A stretch of 45,607 nt of DNA from positions 1-45,607 of the forward strand of contig JBBIPG010000012.1 of the NCBI GenBank assembly GCA_037442925.1, written 5' to 3'. This DNA is from Candidatus Fraserbacteria bacterium. Its GTDB lineage: Bacteria; Bipolaricaulota; Bipolaricaulia; RBG-16-55-9. Both the position numbers and the translations under genes were made by a program. How positions within the stretch are numbered: the first letter of the stretch is position 1; the number at the start of each line of letters is the position of its first letter. Under the pieces are notes generated by a model. The model worked only from the letters and a program-made list of their open reading frames with translations, was not told the DNA's origin and did no database searches. Shown piece after piece: positions 1 to 9,042 of the stretch.

Positions 1-197
1 GTTTCGCTCTATTCGAGTACTCCCGAGATGGAGAGCACTTCGTCGAGATCGGCGTGGATCGCAATTATCGAGACGGGTTCAGCACTCTCTGGGATACCAC
101 GGAGCTTCCCAACGGCAGATACGTTCTCCGGGCGACGGTCACCGATGCCCGAGGAGTGCGCGCTTCGGTTTTGGCAGAGGTTATAGTGCGGAACTAA
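1..197 (+). CDS. 3' end of a gene that starts upstream of the window; hypothetical protein C-terminus
   Basis: Open frame from the window edge (codons in register with nt 3) to a TAA at 195-197. The tail ...NGRYVLRATVTDARGVRASV looks like a beta-rich or Ig-like domain. No family recognised. Confidence 0.3.
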   Translation, partial: FALFEYSRDGEHFVEIGVDRNYRDGFSTLWDTTELPNGRYVLRATVTDARGVRASVLAEVIVRN

Positions 198-1573
198 GAA
201 ATCTCAAAGATCTTGCCTGGATTCAGGATGCTGTTTGGATCGAGCAGCCTCTTGATCTGTTTCATGAGCTTATAACTCTTGCCATGTTCGGCTTCCATAA
301 AGCGGATCTTGCCTATCCCTACGCCATGCTCTCCGGTGGCCGTTCCCCCTAACTCAAGCGCGCGGAAGACGATGGCCTCGTTTACAGCGTTCGCTTTGGC
401 TTTGCTTTGGGGTGTGTCACCGTAGAAGATCCCCACGTGAAAGTTCCCATCTCCAGCATGTCCGAGAATCGGGCCGCTCAGGCTTTGCTTTGCGAGTTCG
501 CGTCGCGCGACTTCGACCATTTCCGGAAACGTGCTGATCGGAACGGCCACATCCACCACAATCGCGCGCTTTCCGGGATTGGCCGCAGCCGAGGCATAAA
601 ATGCGTGATGCCGCGCCTCCCAGAGCCGATCACGCTCTTCTTGTCCCATCGCGGTCTGGTAGGCTTGGCAGCCGTTGGTCTTGCAGATCTCTTGAGCCAG
701 CTTCACATCTTCCGCCACCTCTGGACCATTGCCACGGAACTCCAGAAAAAGCGTTGGTAGCTCGGGCAAAGAGAGACCCTTAAAGGCGTTGATGTCCCGC
801 ACGGTGATGGAATCCATAAGTTCCAAAGCTGCTGGTGATAAGCCTGCCTGCATGATCTCCACGACGGTCTTCGTCGCTTGTGAGATCTCAGGGAAAGACG
901 CCGTGGCAGCAGAGACTTCTCGCGGCAGGCCGACGAGCTTCAGTGTGATCTCCGTGAATACGCCCAGTGTCCCCTCGGAGCCGATAAAGAGATGCAAGAG
1001 ATCATACCCCGAAGACGTGCGCATGGCGTTCGTCCCACAGTGGATTACATCACCATTGGCCAGGACGACTTCCATCTTGAGCACGTAGTGTTTTGTCGGG
1101 CCATACTTGATTGCCTGAATACCAGCGGCATTGTTGGCCACCATGCCCCCAATCGTACAGGGCGCTCCCGGGTCCGGAGGGAAGAAGAGGCCGTATTTGC
1201 TGAGACGTTTGTTCAGCTCTTGCAATACAACTCCGGGTTGTACTCTCACTTGGAAATCCTCGGGACGGATCTCCAAGATCCGTCCCATGCGAGATAGATC
1301 CAGACAGATCCCACCGTGGATGGCGACCGGGTTGGCTTCTAGGCTGGTGCCGGCTCCCCACGGCGTCACCGGAATCTTTTCAGTATTACAGAATCTGAGC
1401 ACTTTGGAAACGTCCTCTGTGGAGTGGGCATACACGATCACGTCAGGAGGGAACTCTCCATGAGCAGATTCGTCCCGTGCATGGGTCGCCAGTTCAGATG
1501 GGTTCTGCGAGATCTTCTCAATCTCAAAGAGCGATTTCAATTGAATCAACTGCCTCGCGGATACAGCTTTCAT
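194..1573 (-). CDS. glcD: FAD-linked oxidase (GlcD / D-lactate dehydrogenase family)
   Basis: 460-470 aa ORF with an FAD-binding PCMH-type motif (PPDPGAPCTIGGMVANNAAGI). The ATG at 1573 has a strong SD (GGAAGGGAGG) 6 nt upstream. The alternative start at 1606 has no SD. Confidence 0.8.
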   Translation of the reverse strand: MKAVSARQLIQLKSLFEIEKISQNPSELATHARDESAHGEFPPDVIVYAHSTEDVSKVLRFCNTEKIPVTPWGAGTSLEANPVAIHGGICLDLSRMGRILEIRPEDFQVRVQPGVVLQELNKRLSKYGLFFPPDPGAPCTIGGMVANNAAGIQAIKYGPTKHYVLKMEVVLANGDVIHCGTNAMRTSSGYDLLHLFIGSEGTLGVFTEITLKLVGLPREVSAATASFPEISQATKTVVEIMQAGLSPAALELMDSITVRDINAFKGLSLPELPTLFLEFRGNGPEVAEDVKLAQEICKTNGCQAYQTAMGQEERDRLWEARHHAFYASAAANPGKRAIVVDVAVPISTFPEMVEVARRELAKQSLSGPILGHAGDGNFHVGIFYGDTPQSKAKANAVNEAIVFRALELGGTATGEHGVGIGKIRFMEAEHGKSYKLMKQIKRLLDPNSILNPGKIFEIS

Positions 1574-1673
1574 CTCACGCCTCCCTTCCATGTGGATTGT
1601 ACGCAAGAGCTGTTCGGAAGGACAAATGCGCTGGACAAAGCGAAGCTCCGAAGCCTACAATCAGGGTGATCTC

Positions 1674-3419
1674 ATGGAAAGAAACGATGCAGACTTTGGC
1701 CAACTCGTCGATACGTTCGTACAACTGGAAGCCACAAGCTCGGGCAACCAGATGATCCAGATCTTGTCTGAGTTGTTTCGCAAGACGCCTCCTGGTGTCA
1801 TCGATATCGTGAGTTATTTCATTCAGGGGAGCGTCGTCGCCGAGTACGAGGATCTCAATCTGAACATTGGCGAGCGACTGATGGCGGAGGCCATTGCTCG
1901 CGCCTCCGGTAGAGAACGGAGCGTGATCGACGAGTTGCATATCGCCAAGGGCGACTACGGCCTGGTGGCTGAAGTGGTGCTTCAGAGCAAGACCAGCGCC
2001 ACAGACGAGTTGACCGTGAAGACCGTCCACGATGAACTGCTCATGGTCGCGCAAGCCAGCGGCAAGGGCTCTCAAGAGGCGAAACTCAACCATCTGGCGC
2101 AGCTTCTGGCGAAGTCAACTCCTTTGGAGGCCAAATACATCGTGCGCATCGCTCTGGGAACTCTACGCTTGGGGGTGGGAACGATGACGATTCTAAACGC
2201 CCTTGCCGTGACCTTCGCTGGCGAGAAGAAGAATAAAGCTCTCTTGGAGAAAGCGTACAACCTCTGCGGCGATATTGGGCTAATCGCACGAACGCTGGCC
2301 GAGAGTGGGCTAGAGGGAATCAAGAAGATCAAGATTCAAGTTGGGCATCCGATCAAGATGATGGCCGCTCAACGCGTTCAACTTCTGCGGGAGTTATTCG
2401 AGAAGATGCCTGAGGGTTTCGCCGTCGAGTTCAAGTACGACGGCGAGCGTGTCCAGTGCCATAAGCGCGGGGAGCGTGTCATGATCTATTCGCGAAATCT
2501 GGAGAACATCACGCATCAATACCCGGATGTGGTTGAGTATATCCAGAGGGGCATTCGAGTGGAAGAGGCCATTGTGGAGGGGGAAGTTGTGGCTTTGGTG
2601 CCCGGCACTGTGGATGAATTCCAAGAATTTCAAGTCTTGATGAGCCGCAAGCGCAAGTATGACATCGAGAAATACGCCGAGATGATCCCGACGAAGCTCT
2701 TTTTGTTCGATGTGCTCTATGTGGATGGGGGGAGCGTCCTGGAGCGCTCGTATCCTGAGAGGCGCAAGCTGCTGGAGAAGATCACGAATCGCTCCGAACG
2801 AGTTGATTTGGCCCAGGCACTCTTCACTCGTGACCTCGAAGAGATCGAAAGCTTCTTCAATGAAGCTGTAGAGCGTGGTTTCGAAGGGATCGTGGCTAAA
2901 TCTTGTGCACCGGACTCGATCTATCGTGCCGGGGCACGCGAATGGAGCTGGATCAAGTGGAAGCGGGACTACTCCCAGGAGCTTGTGGATACGTTTGATC
3001 TGGTTGTGGTGGGAGGCTTCGCCGGACGAGGGAAGCGTTCGGGCACATGGGGAGCGGTGCTCTGTGCCGCATATAATCCCGATCTAGATCGCTTTGAGAC
3101 GCTCTGTAAGGTAAGCACTGGGTTTAGTGACGAAGAACTCGAAAGACTCCCCAGCATGTTCAAGCTAGATGAACGCGAGGAGCGTCCGGCTCGCGTCTAT
3201 TCAAAGCTGACGCCGACGCGCTGGTTTGAGCCGCGGTTTGTTCTGGAAGTTCAGGGCGCGGAGCTTACTCGAAGTCCGATTCACACGTGTGGAGCCAACT
3301 CCGACGATGCGCCAGGGATTGCCTTACGCTTCCCCCGCTTCATTCGCTTTCGCGAGGACAAGAGCCCGGAGCAAGCGACGAGCGTCGCAGAGATCCAAGC
3401 GGTGTATCAGGGCGGTTGA
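1674..3419 (+). CDS. lig: ATP-dependent DNA ligase, three-domain archaeal/eukaryotic type (LigB-like)
   Basis: Adenylation motif I (EFKYDGERVQ, the KxDG lysine). Overall length and C-terminal OB-fold region fit DBD-AdD-OBD ligases. The ATG at 1674 is preceded by AGGGTGA. Divergent from glcD. Confidence 0.85.
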   Translation: MERNDADFGQLVDTFVQLEATSSGNQMIQILSELFRKTPPGVIDIVSYFIQGSVVAEYEDLNLNIGERLMAEAIARASGRERSVIDELHIAKGDYGLVAEVVLQSKTSATDELTVKTVHDELLMVAQASGKGSQEAKLNHLAQLLAKSTPLEAKYIVRIALGTLRLGVGTMTILNALAVTFAGEKKNKALLEKAYNLCGDIGLIARTLAESGLEGIKKIKIQVGHPIKMMAAQRVQLLRELFEKMPEGFAVEFKYDGERVQCHKRGERVMIYSRNLENITHQYPDVVEYIQRGIRVEEAIVEGEVVALVPGTVDEFQEFQVLMSRKRKYDIEKYAEMIPTKLFLFDVLYVDGGSVLERSYPERRKLLEKITNRSERVDLAQALFTRDLEEIESFFNEAVERGFEGIVAKSCAPDSIYRAGAREWSWIKWKRDYSQELVDTFDLVVVGGFAGRGKRSGTWGAVLCAAYNPDLDRFETLCKVSTGFSDEELERLPSMFKLDEREERPARVYSKLTPTRWFEPRFVLEVQGAELTRSPIHTCGANSDDAPGIALRFPRFIRFREDKSPEQATSVAEIQAVYQGG

Positions 3420-3486
3420 TGCCACGTCTTATGATGTGCTACTCTGGGTCTCTACGGGATGAGAAAAGCATTCCAGAGGTGATCTG

Positions 3487-4416
3487 ATGCGATACAGATT
3501 GGTCTTCATTTGTGCGTTACCCTGGCTCACATTTGCGACTTTTGCGAGTGTTGTAGTCCAGGGAGTGACATTCGCGGAGTGCCTTCAAGCAAGGGAGTCA
3601 GAAGCGAGTAGTGATATACAGGTGCTTCTGGGACGTGCTGACGAGGCTTTTCGTGACGATGAAGATTTCAACGATGCTCAGCTCTGTGAGGCGCTACGCC
3701 TCTATGAGCGCGTTCTCGCTCTTGATCCAGCGAATAAGCGAGCGCTGAATAACCTCTCACAAGGCTACTTCATGTTGGGCATTGAGTTCTTGCAGGCCAA
3801 AGAAGAAAAACGCCAAGCATTCGAACGGGGGCGCGATCGAGGGCTGGCACGATTGGGCGTGCCCTTTCCGGCGAACCCGATTTTTCTGTGCGCAGCAGCT
3901 CTACCCATCATTCAAAAGGCTACAGAAGAAGCAGGTCTTGAGGATCCCGAGCGCGTGATCGCAGGCATCTTCTGGTCCGCAAATAACTGGGGCAAGTGGC
4001 TGGATACCCTACCGGAAGGTGAAAGGATCTCCCGTGGGTTTGGCGATCTGCCCTGCGTACAAGGCAGCTTCGCGCGCTCGCTGGAGCTCGATGAGACATA
4101 CTTTGCAGGTGCCCCACGCCGTTCGATGGGATCGCTGATTTCCCAGCTTCCCGGTGGGAACTTAGCCGAGGCACGCGCTCATTTTGAGAGGGCCATCGAG
4201 ATCGCTCCCGACTTTCTCGAAAACAAGGCGGACCTCGCCTGTGGGTATGCCGTAAAAGCAGGCGATCGTGCGCTCTTCGACCGCTTACTTGATGAAGTCC
4301 TTCAGGCTTCGATTGGCGAGAAGTATATCTTCTGGAATCGTCGCGCCCAGCGGTTCGCCCAAGACTTGAAAACACGAGCCGAGGAATTGTTCGCGAAAAG
4401 GGAGTGTAAGCTGTAA
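3487..4416 (+). CDS. hypothetical secreted protein with TPR-like helical repeats
   Basis: N-terminal hydrophobic signal-like segment (LVFICALPWLTFATFASVVV). Alpha-helical repeat composition (LRLYERVLALDPANKRALNNL). SD GAGGTGA upstream. Confidence 0.55.
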   Translation: MRYRLVFICALPWLTFATFASVVVQGVTFAECLQARESEASSDIQVLLGRADEAFRDDEDFNDAQLCEALRLYERVLALDPANKRALNNLSQGYFMLGIEFLQAKEEKRQAFERGRDRGLARLGVPFPANPIFLCAAALPIIQKATEEAGLEDPERVIAGIFWSANNWGKWLDTLPEGERISRGFGDLPCVQGSFARSLELDETYFAGAPRRSMGSLISQLPGGNLAEARAHFERAIEIAPDFLENKADLACGYAVKAGDRALFDRLLDEVLQASIGEKYIFWNRRAQRFAQDLKTRAEELFAKRECKL

Positions 4417-5178
4417 TCACTTGAGGCTTTGCAAAAACGCCACAAGCGCCTTGAGATCTTCTTCAGAGAGTTGTCTATAAGAAGGCATGATCCACGAGAT
4501 GCCTTCGGATTCCCTCAGCACGTAGACCGAGACGGGGTTGATGAGATGGCGCAGCTGCCATTCATCAGTTCTGAGCCTTAAAGCCTCGTGAGTGAGATTA
4601 GGCCCGATCTGCCCGCCCTCAGCGATGCCATTGATCGAGTGACACCCAATGCAGCCTTGCGCACGGAACAGCTCTTTACCGCGCTCAACGTCAGCCATGG
4701 TGAAGCGAGGTTGCCCTTGCTCGTCTTTCGGGATTTCTATTCGGGCTGTGCCCGCATTGTCCGGACCGGAACGATCGGGCGTGAGCGTTCCCAAATAGGC
4801 CACCAATCCTTCGATCTCTTCGTTGCTCAGGCGGGAGAAGGAAGGCATAAAGGTTCCCGGAACGCTCGCGTGTGGATCGCCCAGTTTCTCTCGTAGCCAT
4901 GCGGCATCACGCCGGACGCCGATGTTGTCAAGCGAAGGGGCCAAGACGCCCCCTGCAAGATCGAGGTTATGGCACGCAATACATCCTTGGCTCTTGAAGA
5001 CGAATGCGCCAATCTCTTTGGGGGCGAGTCCGGGATAGTTGGTGGAGAGTTCAAGGTCTTCTTCGTTGTGTGCAGGTTGGTAGGAGAGATTCTTCCAGAA
5101 TGAGAATCCTTCAGAGACGACGAAGGCCAGCACCAGTCCGCTGACAAGAACCAATGCGAGATTGCCGAGTCTATTCAT
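4417..5178 (-). CDS. di-heme c-type cytochrome, membrane-anchored
   Basis: Two CxxCH heme-binding motifs (GCIACHN, GCIGCHS) and an N-terminal TM helix. The ATG at 5178 is preceded by SD GGAGAAGGGG. The longer ORF start at 5238 lacks an SD. Confidence 0.8.
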   Translation of the reverse strand: MNRLGNLALVLVSGLVLAFVVSEGFSFWKNLSYQPAHNEEDLELSTNYPGLAPKEIGAFVFKSQGCIACHNLDLAGGVLAPSLDNIGVRRDAAWLREKLGDPHASVPGTFMPSFSRLSNEEIEGLVAYLGTLTPDRSGPDNAGTARIEIPKDEQGQPRFTMADVERGKELFRAQGCIGCHSINGIAEGGQIGPNLTHEALRLRTDEWQLRHLINPVSVYVLRESEGISWIMPSYRQLSEEDLKALVAFLQSLK

Positions 5179-5255
5179 GGTGGTTTCCCCTTCTCCCCAA
5201 GCAGCTTTAGTGTAGCAGGCGCTCTGCTCTTCGTGCAACGATGTTCGAGGTGTCT

Positions 5256-5732
5256 CTAGCTAGCTGGGATATTGACGAGCCAGAGGGCGGAGCTGGCAAC
5301 GGAACCGCCGCATGCATCAAAGAGTGTGAACTCCACCGTGTTCTTCCCTGAGAGGAAGAGATCTGTGATGTCTTGGGGATCATCGGGCCCTGTGGCCAGG
5401 CAATCCCGACTGAAATCCACCAATCGATACTTCTCGGTCCCATCCGGGCGGATCACTTTGATGTCGAGCACATCATCCACGAAGATGGAACCGTCTCCAA
5501 GCTCAGTGGAGCTGACCACGACTTTGCCTCCCGAGTACTGAACTTTGAATTGCTTGGAGAAGAAGGTCTCCCCCTCAGTTGCTGGTCGTCCTGGGATAGC
5601 TTGGGTAATCAAGACGGGAAAGGCAACAGAATCCTCTTGGGGACTAAAGAGATCCGAGAGAAAGCCGCAGCCGGTAAGAGAGATAGCGAGAAGAGCTAGA
5701 GTCAGTCCCGCACCAACTCGAACCGGAACCAT
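5256..5732 (-). CDS. hypothetical lipoprotein
   Basis: Signal peptide with a lipobox (LAISLTGC). SD GGGAGGTG upstream. Lies immediately upstream of the cytochrome c gene on the same strand. Confidence 0.6.
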   Translation of the reverse strand: MVPVRVGAGLTLALLAISLTGCGFLSDLFSPQEDSVAFPVLITQAIPGRPATEGETFFSKQFKVQYSGGKVVVSSTELGDGSIFVDDVLDIKVIRPDGTEKYRLVDFSRDCLATGPDDPQDITDLFLSGKNTVEFTLFDACGGSVASSALWLVNIPAS

Positions 5733-5819
5733 GTTTCGACCACCTCCCTACTTGTACCTGCATATTTTACGACGGCCCATTACTCAGGCCAACTCGATGG
5801 TGCTTGGCTGGGAGTTCTC

Positions 5820-5848
5820 TATGCAGAGCATCGGATTGCTGCTATAAT
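5820..5848 (+). promoter_or_regulatory. candidate sigma70 extended -10 promoter for the amidase gene
   Basis: TGCTATAAT (TGn plus a perfect TATAAT at 5843-5848) about 50 nt upstream of the amidase ATG. The -35 hexamer is weak (TATGCA). Confidence 0.4.
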
Positions 5849-5895
5849 GCGCGCACCAGAAATCTTCTTGCCCTACAGAGAAAAGGAGGCAGCTC

Positions 5896-7497
5896 ATGTT
5901 TGCACAGGTGAAGGTCACTCGGAGGAAACTCCTCCAATGGAGTGCGGTTTTCGCCGCGGGGGCGTCGGTGGCCGGTGGGTTTATCAGGGGTAGTTCAGCG
6001 ATCGCATCAACAGGGGGGTTGTATGATGAGCTGGAAGAGCTGACGATTGCAGAAATGCAGGCAAGGATGCGTCAGGGAAGTCTCTCTTCCCGCGGACTCG
6101 TGGAGCGGTATCTGGCCCGCATCCAAGCCCTTGATACATATGGCCCAAAGGTGAACTCCGTCCTCGAGATCAACCCCGACGCGCGGGAGATCGCTTCCGC
6201 GCTCGATCAGGAGCGGAGGGTAAGAGGCGCGCGCGGACCGCTCCACGGCATTCCCATCCTCCTCAAAGAGAACATTGACACTGCCGACAAGATGATGACG
6301 ACAGCCGGCTCACTGGCTCTCATCGGATCAGCTCCTCAGCAAGATGCGACTGTGGTAAAGAGGCTTCGAGAGGCAGGTGCTGTGATCTTGGGCAAGACGA
6401 ATCTGAGCGAGTGGGCGAACTTTCGATCGTTTCGTTCCTCGAGCGGCTGGAGCGCTCGCGGTGGACAGACACGCAACCCCTATGCTTTGGATCGAAACCC
6501 GTGTGGATCTAGCTCGGGTTCCGGCGCGGCCGTGGCCGCCAATTTCTGCGCCGCTGCACTGGGAACCGAGACGGACGGCTCAATTGTCTGCCCGTCATCT
6601 ACCAATGGCATTGTGGGCATCAAACCGACCGTTGGGCTCACCAGCCGCGCCGGGGTCGTCCCCATTTCGCATAGCCAAGACACCGTCGGCCCCATGGCCC
6701 GGACCGTGGCCGATGCCGCCACGGTGCTCAGCGCCATCGCCGGAGTAGCTGGAAGCAATATAGATTACACGCGCTACCTCGATCCGAATGGCCTACAGCG
6801 AGCGCGCATCGGTGTGCCCCGCAAGTTCTTCTACGGCTATAGCGAAGAAACCGACGCGATCGCTGAGGAGGCAATCCGAGCTATGAACGACGCTGGCGCG
6901 GCCATCATCGACCCAGCAAACATTCCCACTGCCGAGCAGATGTTTTCCGATCCGGCTGAGTTCGAGGTGTTGCTGTACGAGTTCAAGGCCGATCTCAATG
7001 CGTATCTGGCCAGCCGAAGCGGAGTGCAAGTCCGTACGCTCGCTGAGTTGATTGAGTTCAACAAGAAGCATGCCGACGAGGAACTGAAGTACTTTGGGCA
7101 AGAGATCTTCCTGTTGGCAGAAGAAAAGGGGCCTCTTACAGAACCGGCGTATCTCGATGCGCTGGAGAGGAGCCACCGACTGTCGCGGCAAGAAGGCATT
7201 GATGCCGTCATGGACCGCTATGAGCTGGACGCGCTGGTTGCGCCTACGGGTTCACCCGCTTGGCCCATTGATCTTATCAACGGCGATCATTACTTGGGTG
7301 GAAGTTCATCGCCAGCCGCCATGGCCGGTTACCCGCTGATCAGTGTGCCGGCTGGATTCGCGTTTGGGCTACCGGTTGGGATCACATTCATGGGACGAGC
7401 CTTCAGCGAGCCGACGCTCATTCAACTGGCATATGCCTTCGAGCAAGTCACACGTGCCCGGCGTCCTCCGCAGTTTCTGGACACGACAGCCTTCTAG
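5896..7497 (+). CDS. amidase (amidase-signature family), Tat-secreted
   Basis: Twin-arginine signal (TRRKLLQWSAVFAAGASVAGG). Amidase signature (GGSSSGSGAAVAANFCAAALGTETDGSI). SD GAAAAGGAGG. Confidence 0.85.
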   Translation: MFAQVKVTRRKLLQWSAVFAAGASVAGGFIRGSSAIASTGGLYDELEELTIAEMQARMRQGSLSSRGLVERYLARIQALDTYGPKVNSVLEINPDAREIASALDQERRVRGARGPLHGIPILLKENIDTADKMMTTAGSLALIGSAPQQDATVVKRLREAGAVILGKTNLSEWANFRSFRSSSGWSARGGQTRNPYALDRNPCGSSSGSGAAVAANFCAAALGTETDGSIVCPSSTNGIVGIKPTVGLTSRAGVVPISHSQDTVGPMARTVADAATVLSAIAGVAGSNIDYTRYLDPNGLQRARIGVPRKFFYGYSEETDAIAEEAIRAMNDAGAAIIDPANIPTAEQMFSDPAEFEVLLYEFKADLNAYLASRSGVQVRTLAELIEFNKKHADEELKYFGQEIFLLAEEKGPLTEPAYLDALERSHRLSRQEGIDAVMDRYELDALVAPTGSPAWPIDLINGDHYLGGSSSPAAMAGYPLISVPAGFAFGLPVGITFMGRAFSEPTLIQLAYAFEQVTRARRPPQFLDTTAF

Positions 7498-7552
7498 AGC
7501 CGTGTGCGCATTGGGCAAAAAGAAAGAGCTTGGCCTGCTGCTGGGGAAAAAT

Positions 7553-7579
7553 CCACGCTGGTAGAGGTGGGAAGCGTGG
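7553..7579 (-). terminator. candidate intrinsic terminator for the MBL-hydrolase/S1 operon
   Basis: 7-bp stem CCACGCT/AGCGTGG with a 13-nt loop. On the minus strand it is followed by ATTTTTCCCC. It sits in the convergent gap between the amidase and MBL genes. Confidence 0.35.
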
Positions 7580-7685
7580 CAAAACCCTGGCAGCTACCTG
7601 CCAAGCCCTCTCCGACCCACATTATAGCAGATCATTTGAAAGATTTCGATAGACGCCAGCCACCTCCGGACGCCTCATTTGTCTT

Positions 7686-8477
7686 TTAGATCTCCAGAAC
7701 TTCGCTCCGCTGGTCTTGATGGGAGAGATGCACCTCACAGCGGAAGAGACCGTCGAGACGGCTTTGAACAGCGCAGAGGGCCAGATCCGGGCGATTGTTC
7801 TGCTGGCTCAGATGCGCGAGGATCGCTTTCTTCAGGGTTCCTTGCTGTGCGAGTTCCCCAATGAGCTCTGCCGCGGCGCGGTTGGAGAGGTGTCCCACGG
7901 GACTACGAATGCGTTGCTTCAGATCCCAAGGATAGCTGCCATTCATGAGCATATCTAGATCGTGATTGGCCTCAATGACGAGTCCCTCGCATCCGCGCAG
8001 CAGTTGCCTTAGCGGAGCTGTCACCGTGCCCAGATCGGTTGCGATGGCCAATCGGGTTCTCACTCCCCCCTGATGAGAAGGTCCTTCGATGAGAAAACCG
8101 CAAGGATCAACGGCATCATGGAAGACGCGAAAGGTGTGAATCTGTAAATCGCCAATCGTCAGGGAATCTCCCGCGTGAAAGGTCCGTACGGATTCGTGGT
8201 TGCTGAGCGCCCACCGCGCATGAGGCAGCGTGCGATCACTGATGTACACAGGGCAACCCAGTCCCAGCGCCACGCGGCTCAACTCCCGACAGTGATCCCC
8301 ATGTTCGTGCGAGAGGATCAGAGCGTCCACACGTTCAGGATCAGCGCCGATCTCATCCAGCTCTTGGGCGATGCGGGCGAGGCTGATCCCGGCATCGATG
8401 AGGATTTGGGTCGTGCCGGCTGCCACATAGGCACAGTTGCCGCTGGAGCCGCTGGCCAAAAGGCAGAATTTCATCAC
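7686..8477 (-). CDS. MBL-fold metallo-hydrolase (YycJ/WalJ-like)
   Basis: HxHxDH metal-binding motif (SHEHGDHC). N-terminus MKFCLLASGSSGNC is typical of metallo-beta-lactamase-fold hydrolases. Confidence 0.8.
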   Translation of the reverse strand: MMKFCLLASGSSGNCAYVAAGTTQILIDAGISLARIAQELDEIGADPERVDALILSHEHGDHCRELSRVALGLGCPVYISDRTLPHARWALSNHESVRTFHAGDSLTIGDLQIHTFRVFHDAVDPCGFLIEGPSHQGGVRTRLAIATDLGTVTAPLRQLLRGCEGLVIEANHDLDMLMNGSYPWDLKQRIRSPVGHLSNRAAAELIGELAQQGTLKKAILAHLSQQNNRPDLALCAVQSRLDGLFRCEVHLSHQDQRSEVLEI

Positions 8478-8483
8478 GATGGG

Positions 8484-8966
8484 CTAGAGATCGAGTGACT
8501 TATAGAGACGCTGGCGCTGTTCGCTCCGCTGGCCGACTTGCGCGATGACTCGACGAGCTTGTCTTGTCCAGTTGAGGAGTGAGGCGCGAGAAGAAGCGAC
8601 GTTCTGCTGTTTCTCCTTGGCCAGTCGCCGTCCAGAACTCTCGATCTGCAACTCCTCTTGCCGTCTCTCCAGGGCCTGGCGGAACTCCTGCACTTGTCGA
8701 AAGTAGAGAACAGCTTCCTCTTCGTGCTTCGTCAACTGCTTGATGGACAGGTTGTATTTGCCTTCTTCGTTGATGCCGATGACTTTGACCGTCACATCTT
8801 GGCCGATCACCAGATAGCTCTCGATGTCCCTTACGTATTCCTCTGCCACCTCGGAGATATGGACCATGCCCACGTCGCCGGTGGGTAGCTGCACGAACGC
8901 TCCGTAGGGTTTGATGGCGATGATTCGGCCTAGAGTTGTGTCTCCCACCTGCCAGACTCTATTCAT
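8484..8966 (-). CDS. S1 RNA-binding domain protein (general stress protein 13-like)
   Basis: N-terminal S1 domain (GRIIAIKPYGAFVQLPTGDVGMVHISEV...). C-terminal charged coiled tail. A 6-nt gap separates it from the MBL gene on the same strand, so likely one operon. Confidence 0.75.
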   Translation of the reverse strand: MNRVWQVGDTTLGRIIAIKPYGAFVQLPTGDVGMVHISEVAEEYVRDIESYLVIGQDVTVKVIGINEEGKYNLSIKQLTKHEEEAVLYFRQVQEFRQALERRQEELQIESSGRRLAKEKQQNVASSRASLLNWTRQARRVIAQVGQRSEQRQRLYKSLDL

Positions 8967-9042
8967 AGGGATTCACGCTACCCTATCAGATTCGTGACCA
9001 CAAGACAAGTCATTCGACGGACGCGCTCATTTGGGCTAGAGT

